A DNA stretch of 64,000 nt from Bradymonadia bacterium (GTDB lineage Bacteria; Myxococcota_A; Bradymonadia; REDH01): contig JBLHWZ010000001.1 in assembly GCA_047629415.1 (NCBI GenBank), positions 3,808 through 67,807 of the forward strand, in the 5' to 3' direction. The position numbers and the translations under genes were made by a program. Below the pieces are notes generated by a model. The model was not told the DNA's origin. It made no database searches and was given only the letters and a program-made list of their open reading frames with translations. Position 1 is the stretch's first letter. Every line of letters begins with the position of its first letter. This document shows, one piece after another, positions 19,655 to 28,549 of the stretch.

Positions 19655-20574
19655 TCCCGCGCACTGCTCACTTCGTCTGCTTGGGCCAGGACCTCTCCTG
19701 GGCCCACGCTCTCTCGATTCACTCGGCGCTCGCACGCGGCGGATTCGATCGTGCCCTGCTTCATCACAGTCAGGACCTCGCTCGCTCGGCGGGATACGCG
19801 GCGCTCGATGGGCTCGTAGGTTTTGAGGCGATTCGCCTTGAGGCGCTCGTCGCCGATGAGGCACCCGAAGCGCGCGCACTTCGTCAGGTCCTCACGGAGT
19901 TAGACCGGACGAGCGCGCGTGAGGACGTCGTGCGCGCGGCGTTGCTTTGGCAGCACGGCGGCGTGTTCTTGAGCTTAGATACGGTCGCCGTCAGTTCCTT
20001 CGACGATGTGTTCGCGAGGAACGAATTCTTCTGCGGGGAGTCCGCAACGACCCGGCCTTCTTCGAATTCGAAACGATCGTTCGTAGCGGCGGCGGTCCGG
20101 AAACGGCTCGGCCGGGCACTGGAACGAGCTCCGAGAGCGGCGTCACGAGCGGCGGAATTTTGGCCTAAGGTCGCAAGTCCAGCGGTGATGGGCGCTCCTG
20201 CGCAAGACCCCTTCGTCGGACGACTTCTAGCGGCGATGGCACACGCGCACGTCGAGGAACGCAGAAAGCCAGGAGCCCTCGGCTCGGACATCCTGGAGTC
20301 CGTGCTGAACAAGTCACGAACCGGAACTGTGCTCTATCCCAGCACCGTCTTCGATCCATGCGGGGGACCGCGAGCCTCGTGGTGGTTCCACGACCCTTCT
20401 CCCACCACGCTGAGCGCGCTGAAGAGCAGAGAAACACTGACTCTTCGTTGGCACCAGGAGATCGCTCCGAGGCAGATCGTCGCTATCATCGACGCGGAAG
20501 CACTCTCCAAGCTGAAGATCGGACACCTTTTTTCGGCCCTCGCGGCCGACCTAAAGGCCGCGCAGACTCCCTAG
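19651..20574 (+). CDS. Glycosyltransferase with a DXD-containing sugar-binding region (GT32/Gly_transf_sug-like)
   Basis: HFVCLG ... RAALLWQHGGVFLSLDTV resembles the GT32 region pattern (LLyxyGGiYlDtD). It has a 4-nt ATGA overlap with the upstream gene. Confidence 0.55.
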   Translation: MIPRTAHFVCLGQDLSWAHALSIHSALARGGFDRALLHHSQDLARSAGYAALDGLVGFEAIRLEALVADEAPEARALRQVLTELDRTSAREDVVRAALLWQHGGVFLSLDTVAVSSFDDVFARNEFFCGESATTRPSSNSKRSFVAAAVRKRLGRALERAPRAASRAAEFWPKVASPAVMGAPAQDPFVGRLLAAMAHAHVEERRKPGALGSDILESVLNKSRTGTVLYPSTVFDPCGGPRASWWFHDPSPTTLSALKSRETLTLRWHQEIAPRQIVAIIDAEALSKLKIGHLFSALAADLKAAQTP

Positions 20575-20649
20575 AGCAGGTGCTCTCCTTGGTATCGTAG
20601 CGAAGATTACATACACTGCCGGGGCGATCGTCCCGCCCCAAGGCCTGCC

Positions 20650-23286
20650 ATGCGTCCATTCCTATTCCTTCTTGCCGCTCTTCCATTTGTTGCCTGCGGC
20701 ACAGACATCCGCAACCCCAATCCAGTCGATGCAGACGAAGATGGCGTCGTGGACTCGACTCCCGATGACTGCGAGCGGTCGACGATCTTCCCCGATGCGG
20801 ACCTCGACGGGCTCGGTGCGGACGCTGGAGCGTTGCAAGCCTGTGAACAGTTCGACGGCTGGGTCGCGGTCGGCGGCGACTGCGATGATCTGGACGCGGC
20901 GATTGGTGCTGGATTCACCTACTACGCCGACGTGGATGGCGACGGAACAGGAGATCCAGCAACCCCGATGATTGCGTGTGTTGCTCCCGACGGATTCGTC
21001 GACAACGCCAACGATACCTACCCCGCCTGTGACGGCGAACTCGACGCTTGTGGTGTTTGCGATGGGCCAGGTGCCTCCACATGGTACGCGGACGTTGATG
21101 GAGATGGCGTCGGGGACGAGCGCAGCAGTGTGCTCGCGTGCGAGGCGCCCGACGGATTCGTCGCCGAGTTCGGCGATATACTCGTCGAGTGTGAAACCGA
21201 CGAATTCGATTGCGCAGGCGTCTGCGGCGGTTCGGCCGAAAACGATGAATGTGGTGTCTGCGAGGGTCCCGGAGCAGCGACTTGGTATGTGGACACCGAT
21301 GGCGATGGGATTGGCGTCGATGAGGGCGCAGTCTCTCAGTGCGACCGGCCCGAAGGCGCCGTCGACATCAGTGGTGATCCCGAGCCGGAGTGTGCGACCA
21401 ACGACACGGATACGTGCGGCCTCTGTGCCGGACCCGGCCTGATCATGTTCTTCGCCGACGCGGATGGCGACGGTCTTGGAGACCGCTTCAGCACGGCGGC
21501 TGGCTGCGAAGCGCCGATCGGCCACGTCGAAAACAACACCGATCCCGAGCCCCTCTGCGCGACCAACGACTCCGATGAGTGCGGAATCTGCGCAGGCCCT
21601 GGCCCCCTGACCGTCTACGCCGACGTAGATGGAGACGGAGTCGGCGATGAGCGCGCGGCCATCGCCGCCTGCGACCTCTCACCCGGGTTCACCCTTGAGT
21701 TTGGCGACCCCCAGCCGGAATGTGCGACCGACGACACTGACGAATGCGGAGTCTGCGCGGGTGGCAACGCCACGATGGACTGCGTCGGTGTTTGCGACGG
21801 AGCCGCAGTGCTTGATGGCTGCAGTGCTTGCACCGGCGGGACCTCGGGCAACGAGCCATCTACCCTCGACACCGATCGCGACGGCATCCCTGATGCTTGT
21901 GACCTCTGCGAGGGCGCAGAGTCTGATCGCTTCGTCATCCAGTGGAACGAGGTTTCCCCGTTCGCGGGTGCAGGCGGCCCCTACACGTTCCAGGTCACAC
22001 TCTACTCAAACGGTGAATTCCGATACCAGTACTGGGACCTCGGCACCTACGAGGCGAGCGCCACGGTGGGCTACCAGTCTCAGGCGGGTGAGGACTTCAC
22101 CGAGCTCGGGTTTGGCTCACGCTTCCCGACCGACCACCCAGTGGTGCACTTCCGAGGTCTCGACGATGGTGGGGTCGCGGTCGAATACACGCCGCCAATG
22201 TCGTGGCTGAACATCGCGGATTCGGGCACTCGTCACCCGATGCCGGACGACGGCACCGTGATCGTCGAAATCGGCTTCGACTTCGTGTTCTTCGGCCAGA
22301 CGTACACTGAGGCGATCGTGAATTCGAACGGGTTCATCTCGTTCACCGAGCCGATCCCTGGCTACTCGAACACCAACCTCCCGAATGTCGCTGCCGGCGC
22401 CCTGCTCTCTCCGCTCTGGGACGACCTCAACCCCACCCGCGGCGGCGATCTCTACACGATGTTTGTGCCGCGCGGCTGCGCGCTGGACTGCGCTGGCCAA
22501 GCCGGCGGCGTCGCGTTCACCGACACCTGCGGCGATTGCACCGGCGGTGACACCGGCATCGCCCCGAACTCCAACACCGATTGTTTCGGTGTCTGTCATG
22601 GAGAGGCCGAGCTGGACATCTGCGGGGTCTGCGTCGGCGGAACAACGGGCGTTGACCCGTCGGACCCGCTCGATTGCCCGATGGGCGTCGATCTCATGAT
22701 CGACCAGGACTACCTCGCATCGACAATGTCGATTGAGTACCTGGAAGTCCCCGAAGGCAGCTGCCTGATCGCCGAAGGCTGCGTCCGTGGCTCCGGTAAC
22801 CGGAAGCTACTCCGCTTCGGAACTCGAATTGGAAACATCGGCAACATGGACCTCTCGATCGGTGTTCCGCCGTCTCGTGGCGAGAGCACCGATATATGGA
22901 CCTGGGACAACTGTCACGGCCATCACCACTACGCTGACTACGCTGCCTACGACCTCTTCGACGTAGCCAACGATGAGCTGATCCCGATCGGCTCCAAGAC
23001 CGGCTTCTGCGTCATGGATATCGGCGTCTATGACACGAGCATCACCACCGAGTGCAACGGCTACAATTGCGGCAATCAGGGCATCTCCGCCGGCTGCCAA
23101 GACACCTACGGCCCAAGCCTTCAGTGCCAGTGGATCGACGTCACTGACATCATCGACGGCACCTACGATGTCATCGTCACGACCAACCCTGTCGGGAACA
23201 TCGAAGAGCTGAACTACGACAACAACTCGAACCAGGTTCGAGTTGAGATTACAGGCGACGACGTCGCCGTAGTCGACGCGGACTAA
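20650..23286 (+). CDS. Large lipoprotein: about 7 MopE-type putative metal-binding repeats, a central beta-rich (NIDO-like?) domain and a C-terminal lysyl oxidase catalytic domain
   Basis: Lipobox LAALPFVACG. A module of about 80 aa repeats: YADVDGDGxGD ... C.AP.GFV ... DECGVCxGPGA.TWY. The C-terminus matches lysyl oxidase closely: WTWDNCHGHHHYADYAAYDL (Cu-site His), KTGFCVMD (LTQ Lys) and QGISAGCQDTYGPSLQCQWIDVTDIIDGTYDVIVTTNP...NYDNNSNQVRVEI. Confidence 0.85.
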   Translation: MRPFLFLLAALPFVACGTDIRNPNPVDADEDGVVDSTPDDCERSTIFPDADLDGLGADAGALQACEQFDGWVAVGGDCDDLDAAIGAGFTYYADVDGDGTGDPATPMIACVAPDGFVDNANDTYPACDGELDACGVCDGPGASTWYADVDGDGVGDERSSVLACEAPDGFVAEFGDILVECETDEFDCAGVCGGSAENDECGVCEGPGAATWYVDTDGDGIGVDEGAVSQCDRPEGAVDISGDPEPECATNDTDTCGLCAGPGLIMFFADADGDGLGDRFSTAAGCEAPIGHVENNTDPEPLCATNDSDECGICAGPGPLTVYADVDGDGVGDERAAIAACDLSPGFTLEFGDPQPECATDDTDECGVCAGGNATMDCVGVCDGAAVLDGCSACTGGTSGNEPSTLDTDRDGIPDACDLCEGAESDRFVIQWNEVSPFAGAGGPYTFQVTLYSNGEFRYQYWDLGTYEASATVGYQSQAGEDFTELGFGSRFPTDHPVVHFRGLDDGGVAVEYTPPMSWLNIADSGTRHPMPDDGTVIVEIGFDFVFFGQTYTEAIVNSNGFISFTEPIPGYSNTNLPNVAAGALLSPLWDDLNPTRGGDLYTMFVPRGCALDCAGQAGGVAFTDTCGDCTGGDTGIAPNSNTDCFGVCHGEAELDICGVCVGGTTGVDPSDPLDCPMGVDLMIDQDYLASTMSIEYLEVPEGSCLIAEGCVRGSGNRKLLRFGTRIGNIGNMDLSIGVPPSRGESTDIWTWDNCHGHHHYADYAAYDLFDVANDELIPIGSKTGFCVMDIGVYDTSITTECNGYNCGNQGISAGCQDTYGPSLQCQWIDVTDIIDGTYDVIVTTNPVGNIEELNYDNNSNQVRVEITGDDVAVVDAD

Positions 23287-23435
23287 AGTCGACCTCGCGG
23301 TAGTCGACCTCGCGGTAGTCGACGCTCGGTAGTCGACGTCGTGCTAGTCGACGCTGCCGTAGTCCACGTCGTGCTAGTCCACGTCGTGCTAGTCCACGTC
23401 GTGCTAGTCCACGTCGTGCTAGTCCACGAAGCGCA
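23287..23435. repeat. 15-bp direct tandem repeat array, about 9 full and 1 partial copies (consensus AGTCCACGTCGTGCT, variants AGTCGACCTCGCGGT)
   Basis: Read from the sequence. It starts immediately after the TAA of the lysyl-oxidase fusion gene, and a related unit GTAGTCGACGCGGAC sits in the last codons. The units are contiguous with no spacers. Confidence 0.9.
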
Positions 23436-23676
23436 AAGACCGGGGGACTGCGGACCGAGCATTCGCCGTAGGCAGGTCCGTTGCGCAGGTGCGATTCAGC
23501 TGCACTTCGTTCCGCCTCCGTTGTGCCTGCGCTACTCTCCGCCTTGGGCTCATAATGCCCTCACGGTCTGTCGATTCGGGTTTCGGCGGAGTGCCCGACG
23601 CGTCGACCGGAGTCGTCACTCTACGCCGCAACGACCCATCCACGCAGCTCCTAGCCTACGCCCCCAAACCTCGCGC

Positions 23677-24399
23677 CTACAGCCCTAAAGTCGCGTGCGG
23701 AATCCAGCTCTGCGCTTCGTCACGATAAGGCGCGACGAGCTGCCGATTGGTGTCTGGTACCGCCTTACCGTCTGTCTCTTCTGCCTCACCGCCGAGCGAC
23801 CGGAGGGCGTCGAAACCCTCGAAGTTGCGCCAGTTCGAGAGCGACTCGCGGTCGAACTCGAAGTTGGTGACGAGGTCACCAATGGCACCAAACTCGGGGA
23901 GGTCGGGTAGCTCCATCGGGACGAGATTCCTCCCTAGGGCTGCGAAGAACACGCGACGGACCCAGTGGTACTCCTCAGCAGAGAAGGCCTGGGCGTTAAG
24001 CGCAGCTACTTGCTCGACCTTGGCGGCTCGCATTGCTTCGCTGAACTCGACGAAGGTGCTGATGAGTTCGTCGCGTGTGAGCTCTCCACGGTCCTGAAGA
24101 AGCGCAAGCCGCTCTCGCAGTGTGGCCTGCTCGCTGCGAGCGCTTACGATGGCGCGTTGAACCGAGACGTACCGACTCACCTGAGTTTCGCTAAGCAGCC
24201 CATCTTCAGGCGCCGCAAATGCCGTCTGATTATCGAGGCCCTCGTCGAGCGATCGGACCTCCCGAATGTTCTCGACACCTGATCCCCAATCCGAAGCGAC
24301 CGCTTCGATCGGTTTCCAGACGAGCAGGTAGCCTGCCACGCAGACGACCACCGCAAAGAGAAAGACGAAGATTGAGCAGCCGAAGAAGAGTTTTCTCAT
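23677..24399 (-). CDS. Membrane-anchored hypothetical protein (N-terminal TM helix, periplasmic helical domain)
   Basis: MRKLFFGCSIFVFLFAVVVCVAGYLLVW is a TM/signal anchor. No motif was recognised. Confidence 0.55.
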   Translation of the reverse strand: MRKLFFGCSIFVFLFAVVVCVAGYLLVWKPIEAVASDWGSGVENIREVRSLDEGLDNQTAFAAPEDGLLSETQVSRYVSVQRAIVSARSEQATLRERLALLQDRGELTRDELISTFVEFSEAMRAAKVEQVAALNAQAFSAEEYHWVRRVFFAALGRNLVPMELPDLPEFGAIGDLVTNFEFDRESLSNWRNFEGFDALRSLGGEAEETDGKAVPDTNRQLVAPYRDEAQSWIPHATLGL

Positions 24400-25058
24400 C
24401 GGTTCGAAAGTGCAGCGTTAAAGGAGTGAATTGCGGCTGATATATCACGCGCACCAAGGATCGCCCGAATTGCTGCCACTCCGTCGGCACCGGCTTCGAT
24501 GCAGCTACGCGCGTTTTCGACGGTGATTCCCCCGATCGCGACAATAGGGATCGTCGCGAGTGACGGCTGCGCGCGGAGGTCTTGGAGGACATCAGTACCG
24601 CGGGGAGCCGACGCGTTCGCCTTCGTAGGGCGAGCGTCGAAGATCGCGCCCACACCTAGGTAGTCGACGCCAGCAGACACCAGGGCATTGGCTGCCTCTA
24701 CATCGCCAGCTGAGCCCCCGAGAAGGAGGTCGGGAAACGCGTTGCGGACGTCCGACGCCGCGGTGTCGCTCGGTCCAACATGAACTCCATGGGCTCCCGC
24801 CTCGATGGCGAGCTCCGGGTCGTCATTCACAATGCAGAGAGCGCCCGCGCGCTCACAGATGTCCGCAATCAAGCGAGCTGTTGCTAGCTTCTCGGCGCGG
24901 CTGCGATCGCGTTTGTCACGGTACTGCACAACCTTTACGCCGGCCTGCACCGCGACCCCAACGGCGGCAGCATAGTGCTCAGGCCTTGTGAGGCTGTCCG
25001 GCGTGATCGCGTAAAGGCGAATGGCTCTACGCAGAACCTCAGCTTCCGGGCGACTCAT
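24396..25058 (-). CDS. thiE: Thiamine-phosphate synthase
   Basis: RLYAITPD ... VQYRDK ... GAHGVHVG ... IVAIGGI are ThiE motifs. The start is set at MSRPEAEV so that it abuts the upstream lipA stop (track ORF 24396..25133). Confidence 0.8.
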   Translation of the reverse strand: MSRPEAEVLRRAIRLYAITPDSLTRPEHYAAAVGVAVQAGVKVVQYRDKRDRSRAEKLATARLIADICERAGALCIVNDDPELAIEAGAHGVHVGPSDTAASDVRNAFPDLLLGGSAGDVEAANALVSAGVDYLGVGAIFDARPTKANASAPRGTDVLQDLRAQPSLATIPIVAIGGITVENARSCIEAGADGVAAIRAILGARDISAAIHSFNAALSNR

Positions 25059-25059
25059 A

Positions 25060-26058
25060 CTAGCGTGCTGCTCGCGCCGCTGCTGCCTGTTTGTCTGCGC
25101 GATACGAGGAGCGAACGAGCGGCCCCGCCTCAACGTGAGTGAGACCTAGGCGCCGCCCCTCAGCGGCGAACTCAGCAAACTCGTCAGGGTGGACCCAGCG
25201 CGTGACGGGGAGGTGGTTCTCACTGGGCCGCATGTACTGACCGAGCGAGAGGATCTCGACTCCTGCGTCAGCGAGGTGCGCCATCGTCTCAAACACTTCC
25301 GCGTTCGTCTCACCAACTCCGAGCATCATACCGGTCTTGGTGACCGCACCTAGGGAGCGGGCGTAGCGCAAGACGTCGAGTGAACGCTCGTACCTGGCCT
25401 GTGGCCGCACCAGAGCATGCAGAGACTCAACCGTCTCGATGTTGTGGGCGAAGACGTCGGGCTTGGCCTCGATGACAGAAGCGATGCAGTCGTGGTCGCC
25501 CTTGAAGTCTCCGGTCAGGACTTCGAGTTCCGTTTGCGGTGCGAGGCGTTTGATCTTGCGGATGGTCTGCGCCCAGATGAACGCGCCACCGTCGGGCAGA
25601 TCGTCGCGGTCGACGCTCGTGATGACTGCGTAGCGCAAATCAAGTCGAGCCAATGACTCTGCGATTCGTCTGGGCTCGTCGAAGTCGACAGCGCCTGGCC
25701 TTCCGGTAATCACATCGCAGAATCCGCACGACCGAGTGCAAATATTGCCGAGGATCATGAAGGTGAGCGACTTGTTCGACCAGCACTCACCAATGTTCGG
25801 GCACGACGCGCTCTGACAAACGGTGTGCAGTCCCTCTTTTTCGACCAAGTCCCGGAGTTCAAAGAAGCTCTTGTTCAGCGAGAGCCTGACTTTGAGCCAC
25901 TCAGGTCGTCGCCCGGCGGGGGAGTCTTCTTTTGTCGGGCGTGCCATGCCCGAACGTCGCTCGGAGCGGAGAGGCTCGGTTCTCGGATAGGTCTGAGGCA
26001 TGAGGGCACGGGGGTTGAAGGACATGGGTGCCGTAGGTGGCGCCCCGAAGAGCGTCAA
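25060..26058 (-). CDS. lipA: Lipoyl synthase
   Basis: Radical-SAM cluster CTRSCGFC and the auxiliary cluster CPNIGECW, with RPEWLKVRL near the N-terminus. The true start is probably an internal Met, so the N-terminal coordinate is uncertain. Confidence 0.9.
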   Translation of the reverse strand: MTLFGAPPTAPMSFNPRALMPQTYPRTEPLRSERRSGMARPTKEDSPAGRRPEWLKVRLSLNKSFFELRDLVEKEGLHTVCQSASCPNIGECWSNKSLTFMILGNICTRSCGFCDVITGRPGAVDFDEPRRIAESLARLDLRYAVITSVDRDDLPDGGAFIWAQTIRKIKRLAPQTELEVLTGDFKGDHDCIASVIEAKPDVFAHNIETVESLHALVRPQARYERSLDVLRYARSLGAVTKTGMMLGVGETNAEVFETMAHLADAGVEILSLGQYMRPSENHLPVTRWVHPDEFAEFAAEGRRLGLTHVEAGPLVRSSYRADKQAAAARAAR

Positions 26059-26193
26059 GGGCTCGTAGAGGCCACCCTCCGGTTAGAATCACCGGAGTCG
26101 ACGCGTGCTCGGGACCAACAGCGTTCAAGGGAGGAGGACGATCGAAGTGGCTGCGGTATAACCGGACCGAACGCACCATCGAGACGCACGCCC

Positions 26194-26988
26194 ATGGCCC
26201 TCTTCGACAATCTACCCCAGCTATACAAAGACGAGCGCGACGACCGTGAGCTTGTCTCGTTCATTACGCTACGCCGCGCCGTTGGGTTCTTGGGCATCGG
26301 ATTTCCGATCTTGCTGATCCTCGGTGGTTTCGTGTTTTCGCCCTGCCTCTCTGAGGAGACCGTCGGTGCCTGCACTCGCGTACTGCCCACGCTCAGCGAG
26401 TATTACGCCAGCGGTGCTCGAGACATCTTCGTCGGTGTTCTCTGCGTGATCGGCTTCTTCTTCTTCGCCTATCGCGGTCACTCGCCCGAGGATGACATCG
26501 CCGGCGACCTAGCCTGCTTCTTCGCGCTTGGCGTCGCGCTTTTCCCGACGACCAGTCAGCATATGGTCATTGAGAAGATTCACGGAGCATCCGCGCTCGG
26601 CATGTTCCTGGTTCTCTTCTACTTTTCTGCCTGCCTATTCACCCTCACGAAAGACAGCCCCCGCGAGAAGGCGTGGCAACGAGTCCGCCGTGCGCTCGGC
26701 CAGATGGGCCGCAGGACCGCGCTCTTCATCGCGCGGAAGCCACCTACGAACGACCCGACCGATCATCGAAGTCCACGCAAGAGGAAGCGCGACGACGTGT
26801 ACCTGATCTGCGGCGGCGTCATCTTAGCCTGCGTGCTTCTCTGCTTGCTCTCGTTCGCCATCGGGGTTCGCACATCGCCGAGGTACGGAAGGTACAACCC
26901 TGTTTTGATTCTCGAGGCGGTCGCTTTGATCGCCTTTGGGTTCTCCTGGCTCGTGAAGGGAGAGGTCTTCCTGGTCGACAAGGACTAG
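26194..26988 (+). CDS. Hypothetical integral membrane protein (about 6 TM)
   Basis: The start is taken at ATG 26194 (MALFDNL), because the upstream part of track ORF 25825..26988 is antisense to lipA. Confidence 0.55.
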   Translation: MALFDNLPQLYKDERDDRELVSFITLRRAVGFLGIGFPILLILGGFVFSPCLSEETVGACTRVLPTLSEYYASGARDIFVGVLCVIGFFFFAYRGHSPEDDIAGDLACFFALGVALFPTTSQHMVIEKIHGASALGMFLVLFYFSACLFTLTKDSPREKAWQRVRRALGQMGRRTALFIARKPPTNDPTDHRSPRKRKRDDVYLICGGVILACVLLCLLSFAIGVRTSPRYGRYNPVLILEAVALIAFGFSWLVKGEVFLVDKD

Positions 26989-27094
26989 GAATCCTCGAGC
27001 GACGCAGGTGCGAGCGGCCCCCACACATCTTGCGCGGTTTGATAGACAGCACCGCCAGGGATAGAGTGGAGTCACTCAAACTGAAGAGTCTCCC

Positions 27095-28549
27095 GTGCGC
27101 TACGTTTCCGCTCTATTCGTCTTCACACTCGTCGCTAGTCCTGCGAGCGCGTCGGTCCTGCTTGAGGTACAAGCAGACCCGGAGCTTCGGGCGACAACCT
27201 ATATTCCGCTGGTGATCGATCAGCTGGAGTCTCGAGGGGAGTTCGTGCTGGAGCCGGACGATGAGACCGCGGCGTGGAACTCGGCGATCATGTTGGCACC
27301 GGAGACTCAGGTAGACGCTGAGTTCATAGCGTTTCACGATGCCATCCCGGCAGGACGCGACCAGTTCTTCGAGAACGAGTTTGAAGCGGCCATCGAGTTG
27401 CTGGCACCTGGCCTTGTACTCGTCACGGATGCGCCCGAACTGCTCGCGTTCCACCCGGATCTGGCGCCCGGATTCTTCGACGGGATGCTCACTCTAGTTC
27501 GGTCATACGACGCGTTGGGGATGTCCGAGACTTCGAACGACGCAGTCGCTCGCGTCACTCAGTTGATGTGGGCCGCCGAGCCCGACGAAGATGTCTATCC
27601 CCCTGGGTTTGTCCAAGCCTATCGCCGCCAGCAGGGCCTAATGCCGACGCGTTCTCTCGATGTCTCCTGGCGCGGGGAGGGTTGCAGACTCCGCGTGAAC
27701 GGGTTCGTCGTCTCACAGACCTCAGGCACTGATATTCGCTTGCCGGAAGGCGACCACTTTCTGACGCTCGAATGCGCTGACCGGCGCTCGCAGGTTGTCA
27801 GATTGCAGTCGGATCGAGCCGAAGCACGCTTCGATCTCGATTTTGACTCGGCGGTCTCGTTCGATCGAGGACGCGCCGTGGTGCGACCGCAGAATTCGAG
27901 CCCATACACGCTTCGCCGAATCGGCCAACAAGCAGCGCACCTACTTCGCGAAGACGCCGCCTACATGGTCTGGCTGGTCGAGCCGTCCACCGCGGACGCC
28001 ACCGGCTGGCTTGAGCTAAGCCGAGTCGACTCCGCCGGCGAGTTCCGAGCTGTGCGAATCGTCATTGGAGACATCAACACCGAGGCACGCCTCTACTCGG
28101 CCGTGGAGTACTTAGTGACCGGCCAGACCTCTGGCGGGGTCGCTGTCTGGCACCCCGTAAATGGGTGGACCGAACCCATCGGCATCCGCGTAATGGAGCA
28201 ATCGCGCTCGGCGGCTCCGTGGGTCTTCGGTGGACTGGCGGTCGCCGCCGCTGCGACCGGCATCATTTTTGAGCTCCGCACCTCAGAGTCAGTTGGCGAT
28301 ATCGAAGATTGCGTCGATCAGGTTCCCGAGGGCTGTGCTGCCGAGTCATTGCCCCAACTGCGCAGTGATGCGCGCATGAGCCGGTCCATCGCGAACACTC
28401 TCTGGATTACGACGGGGACGATGGCTACAGCTGCTTTGATCTCCGCGATCGTCGCGAAGCCACCACGCGATCAAAACGCTGCCGCGCCGCGGCTCATGCT
28501 CCACCCGCTGCGCGCAGGCGCCGGCGCTACCTTGACCTGGACCCGATGA
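27095..28549 (+). CDS. Secreted hypothetical protein with a C-terminal TM anchor
   Basis: GTG start with signal peptide MRYVSALFVFTLVASPASA. A C-terminal hydrophobic helix follows WITTGTMATAALISAIVA. Confidence 0.55.
   Translation: MRYVSALFVFTLVASPASASVLLEVQADPELRATTYIPLVIDQLESRGEFVLEPDDETAAWNSAIMLAPETQVDAEFIAFHDAIPAGRDQFFENEFEAAIELLAPGLVLVTDAPELLAFHPDLAPGFFDGMLTLVRSYDALGMSETSNDAVARVTQLMWAAEPDEDVYPPGFVQAYRRQQGLMPTRSLDVSWRGEGCRLRVNGFVVSQTSGTDIRLPEGDHFLTLECADRRSQVVRLQSDRAEARFDLDFDSAVSFDRGRAVVRPQNSSPYTLRRIGQQAAHLLREDAAYMVWLVEPSTADATGWLELSRVDSAGEFRAVRIVIGDINTEARLYSAVEYLVTGQTSGGVAVWHPVNGWTEPIGIRVMEQSRSAAPWVFGGLAVAAAATGIIFELRTSESVGDIEDCVDQVPEGCAAESLPQLRSDARMSRSIANTLWITTGTMATAALISAIVAKPPRDQNAAAPRLMLHPLRAGAGATLTWTR

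Noticed and set aside
20662-21525. 287-aa minus-strand ORF inside the MopE-repeat region
   Set aside because: It is antisense to a gene with a strong internal repeat and domain structure.
23287-23435. Possible CRISPR array suggested by regularly repeated short units
   Set aside because: The units are contiguous 15-mers with no spacers and no cas genes nearby, so this is a simple tandem repeat. Track ORF 23341..23688 (MLVDAAVVHVVLVHVVLVH...) is just a translation of the repeat.
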